From the NCBI GenBank assembly GCA_944392385.1, contig CALXWL010000002.1, forward strand, positions 896-64,895: 64,000 nt of DNA. The letters are read 5' to 3'. The position numbers were made by a program, and so were the translations under genes. The DNA comes from an uncultured Clostridia bacterium (GTDB lineage Bacteria; Bacillota; Clostridia; TANB77; CAG-508). Of this stretch, positions 10,766 through 21,764 are shown one piece after another. The notes beneath the pieces were generated by a model. The model ran no database searches. It saw only the letters and a program-made list of their open reading frames with translations, and was not told the DNA's origin. How positions within the stretch are numbered: position 1 is the stretch's first letter; every line of letters begins with the position of its first letter.

Positions 10766-11305
10766 CTAATAATATCTCATTAAAGACTTCCTCTGTTTTT
10801 CTGTGTAAATTTCTTCTGCTTTATTTCCTGCTTTTTGTATTAAAGGATACAAAATTATTACTAATATTGCATTATATATTGCTTCTATAATAACTATCTG
10901 CATAAATTTTACAAATTGTGGTTCTGCTCCTAATAATATAATTTGTAATGTATAATTTATAATTTCACATAATATCGTTACAGCCATTGTCATTATCATA
11001 AATGTTATTCTGCTTTCTTTAGAAAAACTCTTATCTAAAATACCACCTACTAGTCCTGCCATTCCAAGCATGATAGCATTTAAACCAATTCGTTTTCCTA
11101 TAAATAAATCTAAACAAATGCCAAATATTATTCCTAATGAAAAACCACATATTTTACCTAAGAATAATCCTATAGATAAAATAAAAACTATAAATAAGTT
11201 TGGCTGTATTCCTGCGATATTATACCAACTGAAAAAATTTGATTGTAGAAAATATATAATTAAAAATACCAAAAAAAGTACTGTTATAATTAATGCCCTT
11301 TTCAT
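10766..11305 (-). CDS. mreD: Rod shape-determining protein MreD
   Basis: Hydrophobic; PNL...G...G..LDL pattern; upstream of pbp2-minC. Confidence 0.85.
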   Translation of the reverse strand: MKRALIITVLFLVFLIIYFLQSNFFSWYNIAGIQPNLFIVFILSIGLFLGKICGFSLGIIFGICLDLFIGKRIGLNAIMLGMAGLVGGILDKSFSKESRITFMIMTMAVTILCEIINYTLQIILLGAEPQFVKFMQIVIIEAIYNAILVIILYPLIQKAGNKAEEIYTEKQRKSLMRYY

Positions 11306-11489
11306 TACATCTCCTTTTTCTTAGGATAGTATTATACCAGTTTTTTTTTAAATTTTCAAGTTTTATAAACTTCTTATCAACACAAATGTAATATTTTTGT
11401 AACATAAATTTAATGTATTTGTAATATTTTTTTGCCAAATTTTGTTGTATAATTACATTGTACAAATGAATTTTAAAAAGGAGCTACTA

Positions 11490-12608
11490 ATGAACATAGA
11501 TTATTTGTTAAAAAGAGAAGGAATTACAAATATTAAGGAATTAGATGCTAATCAAATTAAAATTATATCTAAAGATTTAGCTATAAAGCTTTGCTTAGCT
11601 TTCCCTGAGCATGGCTTAGATAGGCAGTCTTTATATAACTCTTTTTGCACCTTAGATATGTTTACTGCTACTATGCCTAAAGATTCTAGTGGTGCTAAGT
11701 ATGTTTCTGGTTCTAATTCTATTTATTTTAACGAAAATCTAGATTTTTCTTCTATTCCAGAAGTAGCAATGCATGAGTGTATACATTTTATACAAGAAGG
11801 TAGATTAAATGAAAAGAAAGAATTTGTTGGTCTTACTTCTTTTGCATCAGGTTTGGCTCTTAATGAAGCTGCTGTTCAGCTTATGGCTTCTGAAGCTAAT
11901 ATGGCTAATATTTCACAAGAAAAATATTTTGATATTTTGCTAAATACTATTAGTCCTAATTATTATCCTTTAGAATGTACTTTAGTAAATCAGATTGCTT
12001 ATTTTACAGGTACTTACCCTTTATACCATAGTGTTTTAAACAGCAATGATGTTTTTAAGAATACTTTTATTGCAAAATTTAACAAGAGAATTTATAATAG
12101 AGTTGCCAGACAACTTGATAAATTATTGCATTTGGAATCAGAACTTACATCTTATATGAATGAATTAGCTCTTACTGAAAAGACTGGTTCTATAAAAGAA
12201 TTGAATAGCATTATTGCTAAACAAAAACAAGATATTAAAAGATTGTTTTTTAATATTCAAAATTTCATTATTCGTAATTGTTTTTCCTTTGAGTTTAATA
12301 GCATAAATACTATGGAGGATTTAAGGGAATTTAAACATAAATTATATAATTTTAAAAATATTATTGGTACTTCTGATGGCTATACTTTTTATAATGATTT
12401 TTACTGTGATTTGATGAATGCTTTAGAAAATAAGAAAGAGGAAATTATTAAATATGGAGAAATTAGCTTGTTTAAACAAGAATGTACAGCTTTAACAATT
12501 GTAGATAAATCAAAGGAGACATTTAATTTTATTCATATTTTTATAAAGAAATTAAAGAAAATTTTTAGAATTAATAGAGGAAGTATTAATGATTATGATA
12601 ACTTATAA
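11490..12608 (+). CDS. Hypothetical protein with zincin-like HExxH motif
   Basis: MHECIH followed by ALNEAAVQ; AAGGAG RBS before ATG 11490. Confidence 0.7.
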   Translation: MNIDYLLKREGITNIKELDANQIKIISKDLAIKLCLAFPEHGLDRQSLYNSFCTLDMFTATMPKDSSGAKYVSGSNSIYFNENLDFSSIPEVAMHECIHFIQEGRLNEKKEFVGLTSFASGLALNEAAVQLMASEANMANISQEKYFDILLNTISPNYYPLECTLVNQIAYFTGTYPLYHSVLNSNDVFKNTFIAKFNKRIYNRVARQLDKLLHLESELTSYMNELALTEKTGSIKELNSIIAKQKQDIKRLFFNIQNFIIRNCFSFEFNSINTMEDLREFKHKLYNFKNIIGTSDGYTFYNDFYCDLMNALENKKEEIIKYGEISLFKQECTALTIVDKSKETFNFIHIFIKKLKKIFRINRGSINDYDNL

Positions 12609-12639
12609 ATTTAGACTAAATACATCTAATGTATTTAGT

Positions 12640-13452
12640 CTAAATTTTATTAATTATTAAATCTATTTCACTCGTATAATTATTATTTCCATAACTATAA
12701 ATAATATATAATATATTGTCTTCTACATAAAATTCTGTAGCATTTTCTAGAATATATATATCACTATCAGGATCTCTTCTATAAACATTATATCCTTGAC
12801 CTATTATTGTATTTTCTTTTTCTATTTGTTTTTGTATTTTTTGATTTATTTTATTTTGTATTTCTTCTCTTTTTTCTTCTGGTATTAATTCTAGTATGTC
12901 TATTTTTTGATTGTTTTCTATATTGTAATTATATGTTTTTATGATTGTTCTTTGGGCATTGTTTCCTTCTTTTAAAATACATTTTATAACTAAAGATAAT
13001 ATGTTATCGTTTATTGCAACAGTATAGTCTATTTTAAAAATACTATGAGTTTGACTTGTATTATATATTTGTAATAATTTAGTTATGAATATATCATTTA
13101 TTTCTTTATTTATTGCATTATCTATTTCTGGACTTATATGTGAGTATGGAATGTTTGCTTCTATTTCATACTTTCCTGTATCTGTTTCTTCAATATGGTA
13201 TAGTGTTGATACATATTCATTACCTTGTGATGTAAATTTTCTACTAAATTGCATTTCTAATTGTTCTTCGTTTATAGGTGCTTCCTCTTCTTCAAGTTTG
13301 CTTGTCCTATCTTGCATTAATAATACTGCTACTGTAATTAAAGAAATTATTAATATTATACTTATTGCAATTAATAATATCTTCTTTTTTTCTCTCAATT
13401 TAATCACCGATATTATTATAGCATTTATAAATTTTTTTTTCAATTCATTCAT
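12640..13452 (-). CDS. Membrane-anchored protein, PdaC/RsiV-like
   Basis: TM helix; INKEIN, NILSLVI, KTYNYNI, EFYV patterns. Confidence 0.6.
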   Translation of the reverse strand: MNELKKKFINAIIISVIKLREKKKILLIAISIILIISLITVAVLLMQDRTSKLEEEEAPINEEQLEMQFSRKFTSQGNEYVSTLYHIEETDTGKYEIEANIPYSHISPEIDNAINKEINDIFITKLLQIYNTSQTHSIFKIDYTVAINDNILSLVIKCILKEGNNAQRTIIKTYNYNIENNQKIDILELIPEEKREEIQNKINQKIQKQIEKENTIIGQGYNVYRRDPDSDIYILENATEFYVEDNILYIIYSYGNNNYTSEIDLIINKI

Positions 13453-13493
13453 TAGTTATTAGTTTGTTTCATAAAATTAATTTGGTGATATAT

Positions 13494-14508
13494 ATGATAA
13501 ATGCTATATTAGTTATTATTGGAACTATTATAGGTGCTGGTTTTGCTTCTGGCAAGGAGATTTTCACCTTTTTTAATGTTTATGGTGTTTATGGATTATT
13601 TGGATTGATAATATCAGGATTTGTTATTGGCATTGTAATTTATAAAACATTTTGTATTATTATTAGTTATAATATTACTTCATATTCTGATTTTATTAAT
13701 AAAACTATTAGAAAATCTAATTTTATAAATACCGTTGTTTGTAATATTATAAATATATTTTTATTAATTTCATTTATTATTATGGTTGCTGGTTTTTCTG
13801 CTTACTTTGCTCAAGAGTTTAATATATCTTATATTTGGGGAGCATCTTTAATTGCTATATTATCATTTTTTACATTTTTAAAAGATATGAACCGTATTAT
13901 AAAAATTAATACATATTTTATACCTTTTCTTATTTTTATAATTTTATTACTTGGTATAAAAAATTTAGACTGTTTTACATTTTTTGAATATAATTCTACC
14001 AAAACTAATTTTTACTGGATTATAAGTTCTTTGCTTTATGCAAGTTATAATCTAATAATTGTTTTTCCTATTTTAATTAGCTTAAAGCCATATATTCATA
14101 GTTTGAAAAATGCTAAGATTGTATCTGTTGTTGTTGCTTTTTTTCTTATTCTAATGTCTGGTATTTTGTTCTTTTTACTTAACTATTATTTTGTAGAAGT
14201 ATATAGTTTGGAACTTCCTACAGTTTATATTGCTACAAATCTTGGTTCATTTTATAAGTATGTTTGTAGCTTAGTAATTCTAGGAGCTATATTTACAACA
14301 GCCATTTCTAGTGGATATGGATTTTTAAGTAATATTAACATTACACATAAAAAACTCTATACTTGTGTGGCATTTTTTATGTGTTTAATTTCTATTAGTT
14401 TATGTAATATGGGTTTTACTACTTTACTTAATTTACTGTATCCTATTTTAGGATGTCTTCGGTTTTATACAGATTGTTTTTATATTATTTTTTACAAAAA
14501 TGCCTTGA
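13494..14508 (+). CDS. YkvI-family membrane protein; predicted end 14508 after a +1 shift at CGG 14460 (0-frame ORF ends 14540)
   Basis: IGTIIGAGFASGKEIFTFF signature; shift gives LYPILGCLGFIQIVFILFF. Confidence 0.8.
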
Positions 14509-14533
14509 AAAATTTTATATTTATTGGTATAAA
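14505..14533 (+). promoter_or_regulatory. SigA-type promoter for the downstream gene
   Basis: TTGAAA-17 nt-TATAAA with an extended -10 TG. Confidence 0.55.
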
Positions 14534-14550
14534 TATGTAGAGGTTTTTAT

Positions 14551-15684
14551 ATGAAGTTAAATAAGAAGAAAATTATAATTTTACTTTTAATAGTTTTAGT
14601 AATAATTTTAACATTAACTTTCTCTATATTATATCAGAAAAACTTGTCTGTAAGAGCTTTTCTTGATGAATATTTATTTAGGAAAAATATAACTGAGAAT
14701 ACTCTTCCTAAAATTTCTATTGAGAATGGCCATGTTTTTGCATTTAATGATTATTTAGTATGCTTGGAGAAAAATGTTTTAACATTCTACAATAAATCTG
14801 CTAATCAAATATCTACATTAGAAATAGAAATTTCTGATCCTATTTTTGAGACTTGTGGCAAATTTTTGTGCATTGCTGAAAAAAATGGTAGTAAAATTTA
14901 TTTGATTTCTAACAGAAATATTGTATGGCAAAAAGATATAGAAGGTAAAATTACAAATCTTTCTGTTAATGAAAATGGTTATGTTGCTATTTCTATTTCT
15001 GATACTACTTATACCACTGTGTGCAAAATTTATTCTGAAAATGGTTCAGAGCTTTTTACTAATTACCTTTCTAATTCGTACATTGTTGATTCTAGTATTT
15101 CTAGTGACAATAAGTACTTAGCTTTAGCTGAAACTAATTTTTCTGGAATTACTATACAATCTAATATAAAAATTATATCTATTGATAAAGCATTGGAAGG
15201 TAGTGTGGATACTATTGAGTACAATTATTCTGCACCTACAGGTGATTTTATTATTAACATAGACTATTGTAATTATAATAATTTGGTATGTTTGTACGAT
15301 AACCACATAGATATTATTAAGGATAATTCTTTTAGCGAAGTTACAAATTTTGAAAATGTAAATATTTTATTTGCAGATATTAACAATAAATTAGTACAAA
15401 TTGAAAAACGAAGCAATGGAATTATCTCTTCTGAATTCGAACTTCAAATTTTGGACATTCCAAGTCTTGAAAGAAAAGTATATACTTTGGATAGGGAACC
15501 AAAATCCATAGAGGTTTTTGGTAATGTTGTAGCTATTAATTTTGGCACAGAAGTATTATTTATTAATAATTCTGGATGGCTTATAAAGAATTATACCTCT
15601 ACTCAAGAAGTACAATCAATAGTACTTTCTAATAATTTAGCAGGTATTGTTTTCAAGGATAAAGTAGAATTTCTTTCTCTATAG
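14551..15684 (+). CDS. Membrane-anchored beta-propeller-like protein (DUF5711-like)
   Basis: N-terminal TM and repeated beta-strand blades. Confidence 0.7.
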   Translation: MKLNKKKIIILLLIVLVIILTLTFSILYQKNLSVRAFLDEYLFRKNITENTLPKISIENGHVFAFNDYLVCLEKNVLTFYNKSANQISTLEIEISDPIFETCGKFLCIAEKNGSKIYLISNRNIVWQKDIEGKITNLSVNENGYVAISISDTTYTTVCKIYSENGSELFTNYLSNSYIVDSSISSDNKYLALAETNFSGITIQSNIKIISIDKALEGSVDTIEYNYSAPTGDFIINIDYCNYNNLVCLYDNHIDIIKDNSFSEVTNFENVNILFADINNKLVQIEKRSNGIISSEFELQILDIPSLERKVYTLDREPKSIEVFGNVVAINFGTEVLFINNSGWLIKNYTSTQEVQSIVLSNNLAGIVFKDKVEFLSL

Positions 15685-15695
15685 GAGGTGATATT

Positions 15696-16316
15696 GTGTC
15701 TTTTGTTATTGATTTAATAATTATTGCCATTATTCTTTTATTTACTTTTTTAGGTTATAAAAGAGGATTAATTAAACTAGCAATAAGCTTATGTACTTTC
15801 GCTATTGCAATTATCGTGGCTTTTGTATTTTATAAACCTATAGCTAATGTAGTTATAGAAAATACGAATATAGATGAATCTATTGAATCTGCAATTACTG
15901 ATAGAATTTTGCCTGAAGGCGTATCTAGTGATGAAGAAGTAGAATTATCAAATGACTTACCTAATGTGATATTACAAAATAGTGCAAATACAGTTGAAAG
16001 TATTGCTAATTCTTTTAGTACTACATTAATTGAAACTGCTTCTTTATTAATTATTTTCATAGTTGTTAAAATCATTTTGAGATTTATTACTGCTTTGGCA
16101 GATTTAATTGCAAAATTACCAATCTTGAAGCAGTTTAATAAATTGGGTGGTACTTTATATGGTATTATAGAAGGGTTCTTTATAGTATTTGTATGTTTTG
16201 CTGTTATTTCTTTAATCGCACCTTTATTAGATCCTTCTATGTTGGAAGCAATAAATTCTTCTACATTAGGTTCTATGTTCTATAATAATAATATTTTGCT
16301 TAAGTTTATTTTATAG
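15696..16316 (+). CDS. CvpA (colicin V production) family membrane protein
   Basis: GYKRGLI, FNKLGGTLYGIIEG. Confidence 0.85.
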   Translation: MSFVIDLIIIAIILLFTFLGYKRGLIKLAISLCTFAIAIIVAFVFYKPIANVVIENTNIDESIESAITDRILPEGVSSDEEVELSNDLPNVILQNSANTVESIANSFSTTLIETASLLIIFIVVKIILRFITALADLIAKLPILKQFNKLGGTLYGIIEGFFIVFVCFAVISLIAPLLDPSMLEAINSSTLGSMFYNNNILLKFIL

Positions 16317-16439
16317 AAAAGCACCAAATGCATATTAGAATTATTAACTCGGATTTTTTTATCTGTTACTTTTCTTGTATAAAGCCAAGAAAAAGCCTCT
16401 AGTTGTTTTGACTTAGAGGTTTTTCTTTATTTTTTCTAT

Positions 16440-16826
16440 TCATTTTGTTTTACTTTTTTCTGCTATAGCTTTTTTATTTTTTATAAAATCACTCCATTTA
16501 TCTATATAATATCTACGAATTATAGCTAAATTTGTAAACATTCTTCCTACAAAAACTACTATTGCAGCTAAGTATATATCTACATTTAATTTAACTCCTA
16601 ACCATGTTAAAAGTATTGATAAAACAGCATTTCCGAAAAATCCAGATATAAATACTTTTATATCAAAATTTCCTTTTAATACTGATGTTATTCCTCCAAA
16701 TACTGAATCTAATGCTGCTACTATGGCTATTGCTAAATAGCCAGAATATGTATACGAAATTACTGGACCATTTACGCCTATTATTGCTCCAAGTATGCAA
16801 CCAATTAATATTGCTATTATTACCAT
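16440..16826 (-). CDS. sbp: Small basic protein (DUF1290)
   Basis: YLAIAIVAALDSVFGG, F.SGFFGN, RMFTNLAIIRR. Confidence 0.9.
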   Translation of the reverse strand: MVIIAILIGCILGAIIGVNGPVISYTYSGYLAIAIVAALDSVFGGITSVLKGNFDIKVFISGFFGNAVLSILLTWLGVKLNVDIYLAAIVVFVGRMFTNLAIIRRYYIDKWSDFIKNKKAIAEKSKTK

Positions 16827-16827
16827 A

Positions 16828-17529
16828 TTATTCTTCCTCCTTCACATATTCAAATTCTAAATCACTATTATGTGCTGCTATTGTTATATTAGATGCTCTT
16901 TCTAGAGTTACTTGTTTTCCCTCTGCAATCTGAGTATCTATATATCCTGAGGTTTTCTGTGCTACAGAGCTTTCTAGATAAGTAGGATTTCCAATTGCTT
17001 TTATAGTAAATGGTGCTACTTCTGGTACTCCTTTTATAGTTATGTGGCCTTTTTCATTTATATCTACTATATAACTATCATAAACTATTCTTTGTTCATT
17101 TATGGAAATTGCTTCTGCACCCGCGTTTCTTAATATGTTTACTAATTCTAATAAATCTTCTGCATTTATTTTACTTGTTCCACTATTGGATATTGTTATT
17201 ATTATTCCTTCACCTGTTACACTATTTTTTCCAAGTAAATCTTCTGTTTCCTGTAGTTCTTTTTGTAATAGTTCTGATGCTTCTTTTCCTTCTGCTATTA
17301 CCGCTTCATATTCTAATATTTTTTCATTTGTTTCTTTTATTTTTGCTTCTACTTCTTCACATCTTGTTTTTAATGATGTTATTTCTGTTTTTAGTTCGCT
17401 TTCTCTCATAATTTCTAGTTCCGAAATATCTGTTTGACTTATTGTTTTTACCTGCATAAATATTAATGCTGTAAGTATAAAACACATAATTCCAATTGTA
17501 ATTGTAACTATAAATTTTCCTTTTTTCAT
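16828..17529 (-). CDS. DUF881 protein (YlxX/YlxW type)
   Basis: V.GEGIIITI, LVNILRNAGAEAISINEQRI, PFTIKAIG. Confidence 0.88.
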   Translation of the reverse strand: MKKGKFIVTITIGIMCFILTALIFMQVKTISQTDISELEIMRESELKTEITSLKTRCEEVEAKIKETNEKILEYEAVIAEGKEASELLQKELQETEDLLGKNSVTGEGIIITISNSGTSKINAEDLLELVNILRNAGAEAISINEQRIVYDSYIVDINEKGHITIKGVPEVAPFTIKAIGNPTYLESSVAQKTSGYIDTQIAEGKQVTLERASNITIAAHNSDLEFEYVKEEE

Positions 17530-17546
17530 TTTTTATTCCTTTCTAC

Positions 17547-18260
17547 CTATAAGTTTGAAGAGATATATTCGTATTTATATACACCTTCATATTTTGGTAT
17601 TGTTATATCATCACTATTTTCTATTTCAACTATTACTCCTCCACTTACCATTAAAGATAAATAGCCACCTTTCCTTGTTAAATTATATAGTGCTTGTGGA
17701 TAGCATATTGCTTTTATTTCAATTGGCACACCTACAATTTCACCATTTACTCTTATAATGTTTCCATCACACATTATTGAAGTTGTATTTACTATCCTTT
17801 TTCCATTTATGGATATAGCATCTGCTCCTACATTATATAGTTCATTTACTATATGTATTAAATCTCCATCATGAACTAAATAAGAATTTACATCTATTAT
17901 TTCTTCTTCATTTGCTTCTCTATTTTCATCTAATCTTATAATTACTCCGCTTCCTTTTACTTCTGTTAGTCCTAATAGTTCATTATTTTTCTTAATTTCA
18001 TTTTCCTTTTCCATATCTACACCGCTATTAGTTGTTGCTTGTGTTCTTACTTCCTCTAGCCTTGCTTCTACTTCCTCTAATTGCTTATAAACATCGTTAT
18101 ATTCTTGTCTCCACTTTAATACTTCATCTTTTAATTCTGCATTATCATTTAAAGATATTCCCTCTTCATTTGTTATGCTTTCTACTGTTTTTACTTGTAT
18201 AAATATCGCTATTGTTAATATTAAGCATACTATGCCTAATGTTATTGCTATTTTTTTCAT
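17547..18260 (-). CDS. DUF881 protein (YlxW/YlxX type)
   Basis: GLTEVKGSGV, VHDGDL..IVNEL...GADAISING.RI. Confidence 0.88.
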   Translation of the reverse strand: MKKIAITLGIVCLILTIAIFIQVKTVESITNEEGISLNDNAELKDEVLKWRQEYNDVYKQLEEVEARLEEVRTQATTNSGVDMEKENEIKKNNELLGLTEVKGSGVIIRLDENREANEEEIIDVNSYLVHDGDLIHIVNELYNVGADAISINGKRIVNTTSIMCDGNIIRVNGEIVGVPIEIKAICYPQALYNLTRKGGYLSLMVSGGVIVEIENSDDITIPKYEGVYKYEYISSNL

Positions 18261-18263
18261 ATA

Positions 18264-19091
18264 TTACACCTTCTCTCTAAAATACACTTTTTTTATATCT
18301 GGTACATTAAGAATTATTTCTCCTTCTATACCTTTTTCTCTTTCTATTAAATCTACTATCCATAATATTTTTACATTAATATTGGTCCCATCTCCAAACT
18401 GTACAATCTTTCCTTCACTTGGTATTTCTAATATAAAATTATTTTCGTCAGATATATCTATAGTTGTAATTATATCCTTTATTCCATTACTTTTTGCTGT
18501 TTCTGTTATTTGTATTAATATATCTAGTTTTTTTAAGTCTTGAGCATCCATTCTATTGCCAGTAGCTATCTCTTGTGTTGAAAATCCCTTAATTATTGGT
18601 AATTGTAGTGGTTCTTCTGATATTTCCAAAATATACCCCTGATTATTTATATAAGCATATTTATTATTTTCCATCTGTAAAATATATGTACAAATTCTTT
18701 CTTTTACATCTAATATTATTTCTCCATTTAGTTTTTTTGTGATAGTTACATCTTCAATATAAGCATTTGATTTTATATTATCTCTTATTGTACTCTTAAA
18801 TGTCTTAAACATATTATCTTCAACTGCCAATGTAGATTTTTCTATAATTTCCTCTGTACTAACTTTTGAATTATTAATAACTGTAATTTGCTTTATATTA
18901 AATAAATCTGATAATAGGATTAAAGCTATTATGGCTAAAAGTATAAGTATAAAAAATATAACAGCAACAGCTTTTCTTCTTTTTATACTTTTTTTCTTTG
19001 ATGATAGTCGTTTTTTTTTAACTTGCTTTACTTTTTTATTTGATGTCTCTTTAGGATTTTTAGTTTTGTTACTTTTAATCGCTACTTTCAA
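18264..19091 (-). CDS. divIB: Cell division protein FtsQ/DivIB
   Basis: Basic N-terminus, TM, POTRA region; synteny murA-divIB-DUF881-DUF881-sbp. Confidence 0.82.
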   Translation of the reverse strand: MKVAIKSNKTKNPKETSNKKVKQVKKKRLSSKKKSIKRRKAVAVIFFILILLAIIALILLSDLFNIKQITVINNSKVSTEEIIEKSTLAVEDNMFKTFKSTIRDNIKSNAYIEDVTITKKLNGEIILDVKERICTYILQMENNKYAYINNQGYILEISEEPLQLPIIKGFSTQEIATGNRMDAQDLKKLDILIQITETAKSNGIKDIITTIDISDENNFILEIPSEGKIVQFGDGTNINVKILWIVDLIEREKGIEGEIILNVPDIKKVYFREKV

Positions 19092-19216
19092 TTACTTCTC
19101 CCTTCGTATAAGAAAAGTCTATTTTTCCTATATAATAAAATATCACTGGTTAATATAATTAACCAATGATATTTTATACTATTTAGAGAAAAATTTCAAT
19201 GCATTTTGGAAATTTA

Positions 19217-20128
19217 TTACATTTCCATTTTAATATTTGCCCCTAACTTAGTTAATTTTTTGTCTAAATTTTCATATCCCCTTAATATATGCTCTATATT
19301 GCTAATCTTGCTTTTTCCTTTGGCTGCTAGTGCTGCCATACACATTGCTGCTCCTCCTCGCAGATCTGTTGCTGTAACATCTGCTGCTACAAGCTTTCTT
19401 ACTCCTTTTACTATTGCCACTTTCCCTTCAATTGTTATTTTAGCTCCCATTCTTGCTAATTCATTTACATATTTATATCTGTTTTCAAATATATTTTCTA
19501 CTATCATTGAACTTCCTTTTGCTAAAGTAAGCATACTTGCAAAAACGGACTGCATATCTGTTGGAAAACCCGGATATGGCATTGTTTTTATATCCACAGC
19601 CTTTAGTCTTTTTCCAGCTTGAATTTCTATTGCATTTTTACTTAAAAGAATTTTTGTTCCCGCTTCTTCAAGTTTATGTACTATAGGACTTATGTGGTCT
19701 ATTCGCACATCATTTACTAGTACATCTCCTCCAGTGATTGCTGCCATACATAGTAATGTTCCTGCTTCTATTCTATCAGGCATCACATTGTAACTTACAT
19801 CTTTTAAATTTTTTACTCCTGTTATTTTTATAACATTTGTTCCTGCTCCTTTTACTTTTGCTCCCATTTTATTTAAAAATTCTTGCAAGTCAACTATTTC
19901 TGGTTCCATTGCTGCATTTGTTATTACCGTTTCTCCTTCTGCGAGAACAGAAGCTAATATTATATTTTCTGTTGCACCTACAGATGGGAAATCTAGATGT
20001 ATATCGCTTCCTACTATCTTATCGCATGAACATTTAATATAACCACTATTTTCTTCAATTTTTATACCTAATTTCTGAAAACCTTTTAAATGCAGGTCTA
20101 TTGGTCTTGTTCCTATATCACATCCTCC
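19217..20128 (-). CDS. murA: 3' part of UDP-N-acetylglucosamine enolpyruvyl transferase, split by the element
   Basis: Open frame GCDIGTRPIDLH...SVGATENI...PDRIEAGT...PYPGFPTDMQ...DLRGG; the track's 230-aa ORF is only part of it. Confidence 0.93.
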   Translation of the reverse strand, partial: GGCDIGTRPIDLHLKGFQKLGIKIEENSGYIKCSCDKIVGSDIHLDFPSVGATENIILASVLAEGETVITNAAMEPEIVDLQEFLNKMGAKVKGAGTNVIKITGVKNLKDVSYNVMPDRIEAGTLLCMAAITGGDVLVNDVRIDHISPIVHKLEEAGTKILLSKNAIEIQAGKRLKAVDIKTMPYPGFPTDMQSVFASMLTLAKGSSMIVENIFENRYKYVNELARMGAKITIEGKVAIVKGVRKLVAADVTATDLRGGAAMCMAALAAKGKSKISNIEHILRGYENLDKKLTKLGANIKMEM

Positions 20129-21764
20129 TGTTTGTGATAGTTTGTGGATACATAAATTTTAAATGGAATGCTAAACCTCCATTTTCATATAATTCCTTAA
20201 ACATTTCATCATTTAAGTTATATTCTTCTTTTTGTTCTTTTGTTATTTCTTTTCTACCAAAGACTACAATTTTATCAAATAATCTTGAAAGTTCTTCTTT
20301 TCTTAATCCCTCTTTTTTTATGTCTGATATTGCTTTGAATATTAACTCTTCTTTATCTTCTAGCTTGTTTAAACTGCTTAACTTAATTTCTATTTCCTTT
20401 ATTTTTGATTCTTCATTTTTGATTTTTTTATCTAATTCTTGTTTTTTATCTTTAAATAAAAACTCTGGTATTAACCCATTTAGCTTATCTTCATATATTT
20501 GTTTATATTGTTTTTGTAACTTATCTAAAATTTGTTTTGATTTATTTAAATCATTCTCTAATGTTATTTTATTTGTGCTAATCGCTTTGGTATGGCTCAT
20601 CACAAAACTTTTGAACTCTGGATTACTTATTAAATTATCTATATATGCATTTACTATTTGGTCCAAATATTCTATTCTAATTCTGTGTGGAGTACAACCA
20701 TAGTTTTCTCTTATATTTTCTTTAATAGTCCCTTCATTACTATACTTTTTGCATAGATAACTATCTGGTCTTTTTCTTGTACCACTTGACCCCTTTCTTT
20801 TATACATAGGTGTTCCACATCTCCCACAATATAAAAGTCCTGAATATAAATTATTTTCCACATCTACAAACTTAAACCCATTATTATATTTATCACTTTC
20901 TTTTTTTCTTGTCGCTCTTATTCTTTGCACTTTTTCAAATAATTCCTTATCTATAATTGGCTTGTGATGATTTTCTATTATAGTCCATTCCTCTGGTGCT
21001 TTAACTCTTGTTTTTTTTGATTTAAAACTTATTTTCTCAGTATGTCCACCTACATAATCTCCAATGTATCTTCTATCATCTAAAATCCTTACAATGTGTT
21101 GTGCTTTCCAATTTAGTGTTTGCTTTGCATTTGCAAAATTTCTACTTTGAGACGGTGTAGCTATTCCCTTTTTATTTAAGTAGGTAGCTATTTTTTGGTA
21201 CCCCCAGCTCTTAGAGTATAATTCAAATATTTCCTTAACTACTGGAGCAGTTTCTTTATTAATCACTAATTGTTTTCCTTCTTTATTATAACCATATATT
21301 GCTTTCACAAGTAAATCTCCTTCTTCAATTTTATGTCTTAAATTTCTTCTTATATTTTTGCTATCATCTCTGGCCCTTCTTTCATTAAACCATGCATACA
21401 ATCCAAACATTTCTTCATTGTATTGTTCATCTTCAAATATTATTTCTACACCTTGTTCTTCAAGATATTCTACAAAGCCTAATGCTTCTTTTTGATTTCT
21501 TCCAAGTCTGGCAGAGTTTTTAAATACAATAACATCTATTTCCTTCTTCTTTGCTCTATTTCTAATATCGTTAAACCTACTAAAATCCGTTCCGCTTTTA
21601 TCATCATCCATTATAATATCTACTATATTGGTGTAACCATGACCTTTACAATATTTTACAAGCAAATCTCTTTGTGTTTCAATTCTTTCATAATTCTCGC
21701 CGTAATCATCTCTACTCTCTCTACAATAAATTATAACTTTCTTTTCTTCATTAGACTTTTTCAT
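20118..21764 (-). CDS. Large serine recombinase
   Basis: IYCRESRDD catalytic motif, DDDKSG, ARLGRN, YGY, H.PII...LF..VQ, zinc ribbon LYCGRCG..YLC, coiled coil; stop codon lies inside the att junction. Confidence 0.95.
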   Translation of the reverse strand: MKKSNEEKKVIIYCRESRDDYGENYERIETQRDLLVKYCKGHGYTNIVDIIMDDDKSGTDFSRFNDIRNRAKKKEIDVIVFKNSARLGRNQKEALGFVEYLEEQGVEIIFEDEQYNEEMFGLYAWFNERRARDDSKNIRRNLRHKIEEGDLLVKAIYGYNKEGKQLVINKETAPVVKEIFELYSKSWGYQKIATYLNKKGIATPSQSRNFANAKQTLNWKAQHIVRILDDRRYIGDYVGGHTEKISFKSKKTRVKAPEEWTIIENHHKPIIDKELFEKVQRIRATRKKESDKYNNGFKFVDVENNLYSGLLYCGRCGTPMYKRKGSSGTRKRPDSYLCKKYSNEGTIKENIRENYGCTPHRIRIEYLDQIVNAYIDNLISNPEFKSFVMSHTKAISTNKITLENDLNKSKQILDKLQKQYKQIYEDKLNGLIPEFLFKDKKQELDKKIKNEESKIKEIEIKLSSLNKLEDKEELIFKAISDIKKEGLRKEELSRLFDKIVVFGRKEITKEQKEEYNLNDEMFKELYENGGLAFHLKFMYPQTITNRRM

